Shown here piece by piece: positions 57,591 through 64,000 of a DNA stretch of 64,000 nucleotides. The stretch is from Candidatus Mediterraneibacter faecavium. Lineage in GTDB: Bacteria; Bacillota; Clostridia; Lachnospirales; Lachnospiraceae. The translations under genes were made by a program, and so were the position numbers. Every line of letters starts with the position of its first letter. Positions within the stretch are counted from its first letter, which is position 1. Under the pieces are notes generated by a model. It had not been told where the DNA came from and made no database searches. It was given only the letters and a program-made list of their open reading frames with translations. The DNA is taken from contig DWVY01000001.1 of the NCBI GenBank assembly GCA_019119995.1, positions 3,472 through 67,471 of the forward strand, given 5' to 3'.

Positions 57591-59459
57591 ATGCAGACAG
57601 GAAATTATACAGGGATCGGGCTGATCGGAAATGAGGACATTGCAGCGATCTATGCGGTAAATAACGGAATAGTGGACATCAACGGAACGGGGATCTATCA
57701 TTTGTTCTATAAAGATTATTCTCACGATCTGTTGCAGTCGGCAGTTACGATGATCAAAGCGGGGAACGGGATCTTTTACGGAAACAAGATATGGCATGAA
57801 TATACACATCCTCATCACATCCGGCCTCAGAGGACTTATGTAGAAGGACATTACCGTTATTGTGATGAATTTAATCTGGAAGAAATCGGGCTGAAGAGAA
57901 AAGACACCGTGTATGCTTACGGGAAGAACCGGCTGGTATTTGAGACGGAGATCGAGAATATCGGAGATGAGATGCAGGAAATCAGTTGCTATGGGTATGC
58001 AGCGCTGAGAAACACAAGAAAGATTGCGGTGGAGGAGCTTCCGGGCGGTGGAAGGGCAGTACATACCGGAAATGTCTATATGGGAATGGATACGCCCGTC
58101 AGCGAAGAGGTCTATATGATCGAGGATTCTCCTACGGATTTTGCGTACCAGACTTTTTTGGACGTGCTGGAAGGGAAGCAGGATGGTAGCCTTCGTGTTA
58201 CTGACTGCAGATTGGGATATGTCCAGGGGGGCAGGATGACGGTTGCTCCGGGAGAAAAGAAAAAGATGGTTTGGGCGCTGGTGTTTGCGGACAGTGCGCA
58301 GGAGCTGGAGCAGGAACTTCGGATATCGGCAGGGGAAGACAAAAGAGCAGCGGCAGACAGCTACTGGGATAAGTGGTTTCGCGAGGGAAAGATTCCGGAA
58401 ACCCGAGATGAATTTGCGGCTCAGGCGCTTACGAATCTGGCGGCGATCAAGGCGGTATGCGTCAGAGGGTATATTCCGGCAGATCTGACCGGACATTATT
58501 TCTACGACAAGATGCCCTGTTACTATGCAAGGGACTCCATTATGATCGCCAGAGCGTTCCTTGCGGCAGGACATACAAGAGAGTGCGGGGATATCCTGGG
58601 CTATCTTACAGGGCGCAAAAGAAAGAAAAACGGGGAATTTTTCCAGAGGTATGATGGTCATGGGGAACCGAACGAAGGAGCGAATAATGATGTGTTTCAT
58701 CAGATCGATTCCATCGGATATTTCCTGCGGATGCTCTATGAATATATGGAACAGACCGGAGAATTGCTGGCGGATGAGACGCTGATGAGTGAACTTGTTG
58801 ACGTGATCGACCAGGCGGAGTCGAAATATGGAATGGCCGGTCCGGAGGGAGGCGTAAACGAAGGCGTCTTCGGAGGTGCGTTTATTACTTCCTCTAATAT
58901 GTTTATCTATGGAGGAATCCGGGCAGCAGGAAAGATCTTCCTGAAGCTGGGAAATAAAGCATACGAACAGAAGTGCAAAGAAATATGCGGCAGGCTTTAT
59001 GCAGGGATACAGACCACATTTAACGAGAAACTGGGAAGATATGATTATGGGTATGTACAGTACCATGACCATACAGTGCGCAAATATGATACGCCTCAGT
59101 ATTTCGGACCTCTCTACGGCTACCCCGACGATGAGAACATGAAAGCGACGCACCGGTATTTCCTGAAATATGCTTCTTTTTTTGAAGATGGCATTGGATA
59201 TTCTGAGCAGGAATACCATCACGGCCCGTGGCTTTTTAATACGCTTGCATGTGCGGAATATTGCAAAAGATCGGGAGATATGGAAGAATACCGGAAAAAG
59301 ATGAGCTGGGCGGCACGGCACAGCAACGCTTATGGCATTTTCCCGGAGGCGGTGGATGCAGACGACGAGGAAGTATGCATGATCAATCCGCTGAGCTGGG
59401 CGTGCGCTGAGTTTGCGGCGGCTTATTTTGGCGAAGGAGGATTCGACAGTGAAGAATAA
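57591..59459 (+). CDS. GH15-like glycoside hydrolase (glucoamylase / isomaltose glucohydrolase-like)
   Basis: YYARDS, QIDSIG, GVNEG (general-acid region), IFPEAVD...NPLSW (general-base region). Confidence 0.75.
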   Translation: MQTGNYTGIGLIGNEDIAAIYAVNNGIVDINGTGIYHLFYKDYSHDLLQSAVTMIKAGNGIFYGNKIWHEYTHPHHIRPQRTYVEGHYRYCDEFNLEEIGLKRKDTVYAYGKNRLVFETEIENIGDEMQEISCYGYAALRNTRKIAVEELPGGGRAVHTGNVYMGMDTPVSEEVYMIEDSPTDFAYQTFLDVLEGKQDGSLRVTDCRLGYVQGGRMTVAPGEKKKMVWALVFADSAQELEQELRISAGEDKRAAADSYWDKWFREGKIPETRDEFAAQALTNLAAIKAVCVRGYIPADLTGHYFYDKMPCYYARDSIMIARAFLAAGHTRECGDILGYLTGRKRKKNGEFFQRYDGHGEPNEGANNDVFHQIDSIGYFLRMLYEYMEQTGELLADETLMSELVDVIDQAESKYGMAGPEGGVNEGVFGGAFITSSNMFIYGGIRAAGKIFLKLGNKAYEQKCKEICGRLYAGIQTTFNEKLGRYDYGYVQYHDHTVRKYDTPQYFGPLYGYPDDENMKATHRYFLKYASFFEDGIGYSEQEYHHGPWLFNTLACAEYCKRSGDMEEYRKKMSWAARHSNAYGIFPEAVDADDEEVCMINPLSWACAEFAAAYFGEGGFDSEE

Positions 59460-62400
59460 GGAGCGTAAAGTCAGGCTGATAAATATGATAAGATCCTGTA
59501 TCAGGGAAGAGGCGGAAACTATATTTTGTGATCTGAATACACTGCTTGAAGCGGATGATCTTGATTACCATGAGATGTGTATGGCGCTGTTCCTGACGGG
59601 AGAGTACACCAGGATCAGCGGAGATATGAGCCTTTTTGAACAGGATGGCGGCAGGATCGCATGCCTGCAGGACGAAATTGAAGCGGAGGCCTACAAACCG
59701 CATTCACGGATGCTGGAAGATACAGCGGAAGAAGCGCTTTATGGAGAAAATTATGGAATGGCATACGGCGCGCTGTACAACAGCAATCTCTTTGCAAAGA
59801 GAGAGAAGACGGCAAAAGCGATCCATCAGATGAAAAATTATGCCTATGAACACTATACGTGCGCAGGGAAACTGGTGGATGAGGCGCACGGGAACAGGGC
59901 GACGGCACAGCTTTTGTGGATCTGCGTTCCGTTTGGACTGTTTACCCCGGAGGATCTGGTGCTGGTGGCAGCGCTGGAAGAAATCTGTGATACCAAAAAG
60001 CAGGAGGACTTGGCCATGCTTGGGTGGTATTTTGTCGAGAAGGCAGATTACCGCAGAGCGAGAAGCTATCTGGCGCGCCTGGACAGTGAGGATGGATTTA
60101 TCCAGGCAGTAAAGGAGATCATTGAGGAGAAATTAAGGCTTGCGGGGATGCTCAGCGAGGCGCCGCTGATGCACCGTCCCTGCGGAAACTTCAACCGGTA
60201 TTCTCATCAGAATTATGAGAGAGAGCCCTGGTTCCCGAAAGCGGGAGAGGAAGTGTTTCTCAATGCCGCGGCATGGCCGGTAAAACTCTCCTGTGCGGTG
60301 GAAGTGCAGTGGGAAAGCTCTGCCGGAGACCGGGGAACAGCGGAAGGTGTTTACCAGCCGGAATATGAGAACTACAGATTTACTATCGGAGCGTTTCCCG
60401 GGGGAGAAAAAGTCACATATTATTTCCGCGCTGGAGCGTACTGCTCTGAGAAGTTTACCTTTACAGTACTTGCGAAAGAAACGGTAACAGAAGCAGGAAG
60501 GATGACCAAGAGCGATTCGGAAAAGACGCTGGAACTGCGGACTGACAGAGGAAACTGTTTCCTTTGGACAGAGAAGAAAGAGCAGGGGCAAGTCCGGTAT
60601 TCCATAACAGAAATCGGATCCGGCGAGAGCGTTTCCCGGGAAGAGGAGTGGATAGATTTTCATTCACGCAGAGAGATTTCGGGGTGGAAGGAACAGATAC
60701 CTGTCAGGGAGATCGGCTTCTGGCGCAAGGGAGAAAAGATATTCTCTTCTTTTATGAGTGCGGACGCGGATACCGGAGAACGATTCTATGGATTCGGGGA
60801 ACGATATAATCAGATCGACCAGCGAGGCAATGTGGTAGATGTATATGTTTATAATCAGTATAAAGATCAGGGAATCCGGACATATATGCCTATGCCGTAT
60901 TTCTTAAGCTCCGCTGGACACGGCATCTGGCTGGATACGGACTGCTATACAGAGTTTGATATGTGCAGCTGCGGCAGGGAATACTGGGAGGCGGAAGTAC
61001 AGTCTGAAGGGCTGTCCTGGTACTGCTTCTTAGGAACTCCGAAAGAGATGATCAGCCAGTTTACTGCGGTTTCCGGCAGACCGGCGATGCTTCCGGAGTG
61101 GGCGTTTGGCCCCTGGATGTCAAGCAACAACTGGGATAGCGAGGCAGAAGTGAGAAAGCAGGCAGAACTGACAAAGAAGTATGATATCCCGTCAACGGTC
61201 CTTGTGATCGAAGCCTGGAGCGATGAGGCGACATACTATATCTTTAATGATGCGGTATATGAGGAAAACAGCGGAGAAAAAGGATTTTCCTATGATGAGT
61301 TCTATTTCCCTGAATGGGGAAGGTGGCCGGATCCGAAAGGGATGGTAGAATATCTCCACGAAAATGGACTGAAGTGTATCCTTTGGCAGATCCCGATCGT
61401 TAAGTATATCAATTCTCTCCATCATCTTCAAAAAGACCGGGATGAGGAGTATGCGCTGGAACATGGATTCTGTGCGAAGAAGGAAGACGGAACGCCATAC
61501 CGTATGCCGGAGGGATGGTTCACGGACAGTCTTCTTGTGGACTTTACAGACAGAGACGCAGTGAACTGGTATATGGACAAGCGGAAATATCTGGTGGAGG
61601 ATGTTAAGATCGACGGATTTAAGACTGACGGAGGAGAGTTTGTCTTCGGGGATGATGTACAGTTTTCGGACGGGCGTACCGGCAGAGAGATGCGCAATGC
61701 ATATCCCAATCTTTATATTGGCGAGCATTACCGCTATATTCACGAAAAGAGAGGCGGGATCGTGTTCAGCAGGGCAGGCTATACCGGGGCGGCAGCCATG
61801 CCGGCGCACTGGGCGGGCGACGAGCGGTCCACATTTTCAGCGTTTAAAAGAAATCTGTGTGCGGGGCTCAATGCCGGGATCTCAGGCATTCCATTCTGGG
61901 GATGGGATCTGGCGGGATTCAGCGGAGAGATCCCAAGTGCGGAACTGTATGCCAGATCAGCTTCCATGGCGGCATTCTGTCCAATCATGCAGTACCATGC
62001 GGAGAGCAAGGCGGAGTTTAATCAGGACAGGACGCCGTGGAACATTGCGGAGAGAAGAAACGCTCCCTGGGTGATCGATGTATACCGGTATTACGCGAAA
62101 CTGCGCATGGCGATGCTCCCGTATATTATGGAACAGGCAGAGAACAGCGTCAGGACAGGCGTTCCGCTGATGCGCGCCCTATGGGTGGAATTTCCGGAGG
62201 ACAGAAAGGCAGGAGCGATCTTTGACCAGTATATGTTCGGCGATGACCTGATGGCAGCGCCTGTCGTAGAAGAAGGCAGAACGGAGCGTGAAGTTTATGT
62301 TCCGGAGGGAGAATGGAGAAATATTTTTACAGGAGAAGTTTTCTGCGGAAAGAAAACGTATACGATGAAAGCGGCTGTAGATGAGATCATTGTACTGCAG

Positions 62401-62469
62401 CGGAGCGGATCTGACTGGAAGATCAGGACAAAAGGAGAGTTTCTTTTTGAAAGTCAAAGGAGGAAATAA
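59449..62469 (+). CDS. GH31 hydrolase (1,3-alpha-isomaltosidase / cycloalternan-degrading-like) with N-terminal degenerate helical domain
   Basis: FYGFGER, WMSSNNW, VIEAWSDE, GFKTDGGE (nucleophile), HWAGDE (acid/base), GWDLAGF, MQYH, DQYMFG; GTG start after GGAGG. Confidence 0.85.
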   Translation: MKNKERKVRLINMIRSCIREEAETIFCDLNTLLEADDLDYHEMCMALFLTGEYTRISGDMSLFEQDGGRIACLQDEIEAEAYKPHSRMLEDTAEEALYGENYGMAYGALYNSNLFAKREKTAKAIHQMKNYAYEHYTCAGKLVDEAHGNRATAQLLWICVPFGLFTPEDLVLVAALEEICDTKKQEDLAMLGWYFVEKADYRRARSYLARLDSEDGFIQAVKEIIEEKLRLAGMLSEAPLMHRPCGNFNRYSHQNYEREPWFPKAGEEVFLNAAAWPVKLSCAVEVQWESSAGDRGTAEGVYQPEYENYRFTIGAFPGGEKVTYYFRAGAYCSEKFTFTVLAKETVTEAGRMTKSDSEKTLELRTDRGNCFLWTEKKEQGQVRYSITEIGSGESVSREEEWIDFHSRREISGWKEQIPVREIGFWRKGEKIFSSFMSADADTGERFYGFGERYNQIDQRGNVVDVYVYNQYKDQGIRTYMPMPYFLSSAGHGIWLDTDCYTEFDMCSCGREYWEAEVQSEGLSWYCFLGTPKEMISQFTAVSGRPAMLPEWAFGPWMSSNNWDSEAEVRKQAELTKKYDIPSTVLVIEAWSDEATYYIFNDAVYEENSGEKGFSYDEFYFPEWGRWPDPKGMVEYLHENGLKCILWQIPIVKYINSLHHLQKDRDEEYALEHGFCAKKEDGTPYRMPEGWFTDSLLVDFTDRDAVNWYMDKRKYLVEDVKIDGFKTDGGEFVFGDDVQFSDGRTGREMRNAYPNLYIGEHYRYIHEKRGGIVFSRAGYTGAAAMPAHWAGDERSTFSAFKRNLCAGLNAGISGIPFWGWDLAGFSGEIPSAELYARSASMAAFCPIMQYHAESKAEFNQDRTPWNIAERRNAPWVIDVYRYYAKLRMAMLPYIMEQAENSVRTGVPLMRALWVEFPEDRKAGAIFDQYMFGDDLMAAPVVEEGRTEREVYVPEGEWRNIFTGEVFCGKKTYTMKAAVDEIIVLQRSGSDWKIRTKGEFLFESQRRK

Positions 62470-62470
62470 G

Positions 62471-64000
62471 ATGGAGTGGTGGAAAAAAGCAGTCGTTTAT
62501 CAGATCTATCCGATGAGTTTTAAAGACAGCAACCATGACGGTATGGGGGATCTGGGAGGCATCCTGGAGAAAGTGGATTACCTGAGAGAACTTGGCGTTG
62601 ATATTGTGTGGATGACACCGGTCTATGAGTCACCGATGGATGACAACGGATATGATATCAGTGATTATTATAAGATCAATCCCCTGTTCGGAACGATGGA
62701 GCAGTTTGACGAGCTTTTGGAAGCGCTTCATCAGAGGGGAATCCGCCTGATCATGGATCTGGTGGTCAATCATACCAGCGATGAACACGAGTGGTTCAGG
62801 CAGGCGAGAAAAGATAAGAACAGTAAATATCATGATTTCTATATCTGGAAAGATACTCCGATTACAGATCAGCAGTCTATATTCAGCGGGTCTGTCTGGG
62901 AGTACAATGAAGAGACGGACGAATACTACTATCATCTGTTCAGCCGCAGACAGCCGGATCTGAACTGGGATAATCCGGAGGTGCGCAAAGAAGTGTACCG
63001 CCTGATCAACTGGTGGTTGGACAAAGGGATTGACGGATTCAGGATGGATGTGATCGACTTGATTGGAAAGATTCCTGAGAAGAGTATCCTGACCAGTGAA
63101 AAGAGCCATAAATATTTGCAGGAGATGTACCGCGAGTGCTTTGAGGGAAGGGAAGTCTTTACTGTGGGAGAGACTTCTTACGCAACTCCGGTAAGCGCGC
63201 CTCTCTATTCCAATCCGGAGCGCAAAGAACTGACGATGGTTTTCGGATTTGAGCACCTGGGGCTGGAAGAAGTGAAAGGAAATGGAAAGTGGGATCTGAA
63301 GAAGCTGGATGTCAACGAACTGAAGCAGGTGTTTGCAGTCTGGCAGCATGCTCTTCATGAAAAAGGCTGGAACAGCCTGTTCTGGTCCAACCATGATCAG
63401 CCACGTATTGTTTCCAGAATGGGAGATGACGGAAAATACAGGAAAGAGAGCGCCAAAATGCTCGGTATGATCCTCCACGGTATGCAGGGGACACCGTATA
63501 TCTATCAAGGGGAAGAAATCGGGATGACAAATGTGAAATTCCCGCTGGAAGATTACAAGGATGTGGAGACCATCAACATGGTGAAAGAGAAACAGGCAGC
63601 AGGATGGTCTATGGATAAGATCATGCAGGGAATCTATGCGAAAGGTCGGGATAACGCCCGCACACCCATGCAGTGGTCCGCACGGGAATACGGCGGATTT
63701 TCGGATCATGAGCCGTGGATCCGAATGAATCCGAATTACGAAACGATCAACGTAGAGGAGTCCGAGGCGGACAAAGATTCAATCTTTCACTTCTATCAAA
63801 AGCTCATCCGTCTCCGCAAAGAGTGGGAAATCATAAGTACCGGAGATTTCACGCTTCTGTTCAAGGAGGACAGAACTATGTTTGCCTATAAGAGAGAAGC
63901 GGATGGGGAGCGACTGACTGTGATCGCAAACTTTACCGGGGATGCCGTGCAGCGTGATCTGCCAGACGAGATAAAGCCCGGGAGAGGACAGGTACTTCTG
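62471..64000 (+). CDS. GH13 oligo-1,6-glucosidase (partial, runs off the window)
   Basis: Own translation: MEWWKKAVVYQIYPMSFKDSN, DNGYDISDY, DLVVNHTSDEH, QPDLNW, GFRMDVID, NHDQPR, YQGEEIGM, GRDNARTPMQW. Confidence 0.92.
   Translation, partial: MEWWKKAVVYQIYPMSFKDSNHDGMGDLGGILEKVDYLRELGVDIVWMTPVYESPMDDNGYDISDYYKINPLFGTMEQFDELLEALHQRGIRLIMDLVVNHTSDEHEWFRQARKDKNSKYHDFYIWKDTPITDQQSIFSGSVWEYNEETDEYYYHLFSRRQPDLNWDNPEVRKEVYRLINWWLDKGIDGFRMDVIDLIGKIPEKSILTSEKSHKYLQEMYRECFEGREVFTVGETSYATPVSAPLYSNPERKELTMVFGFEHLGLEEVKGNGKWDLKKLDVNELKQVFAVWQHALHEKGWNSLFWSNHDQPRIVSRMGDDGKYRKESAKMLGMILHGMQGTPYIYQGEEIGMTNVKFPLEDYKDVETINMVKEKQAAGWSMDKIMQGIYAKGRDNARTPMQWSAREYGGFSDHEPWIRMNPNYETINVEESEADKDSIFHFYQKLIRLRKEWEIISTGDFTLLFKEDRTMFAYKREADGERLTVIANFTGDAVQRDLPDEIKPGRGQVLL

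Noticed and set aside
57423-59321. 632-aa minus-strand ORF
   Set aside because: Antisense shadow of the GH15 gene; no motifs or RBS

Overview
A 64-kb chromosomal segment from an anaerobic Firmicute, inferred to be Lachnospiraceae from PolC, its gene content and its gene order. Housekeeping genes include a split class I fumarase, galTK, rarA, rho, rpmE, prmC, prfA, hisC, ispG, polC, glyA, rplY, nadABC-niaR, and queT with a preQ1-I riboswitch. Two accessory carbohydrate loci interrupt them. (1) About 25.6-39.1 kb: ABC sugar importer, Zn-dehydrogenase, an uncharacterised glycyl-radical enzyme (GCQE Cys loop) with activase, a pseudo-GH32/(alpha/alpha)6-hydrolase fusion, PfkB kinase, a class II aldolase ending in a microcompartment encapsulation-peptide-like helix, and a ScrR-like LacI repressor. 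This is the best candidate for an undescribed radical sugar-catabolic system. (2) About 53.4-64 kb: LacI, ABC importer, GH15, a pseudo-GH15/GH31 fusion and GH13, resembling cycloalternan/isomaltosyl-glucan catabolism. The intergenic DNA holds several families of structured palindromic elements, up to about 350-bp rods, one family with a compensatory base change. An Rpn-family nuclease has a candidate in-frame internal antitoxin start. No tRNA, rRNA, CRISPR array or intact IS was recognised. All calls come from motif recognition by eye; no searches were run.
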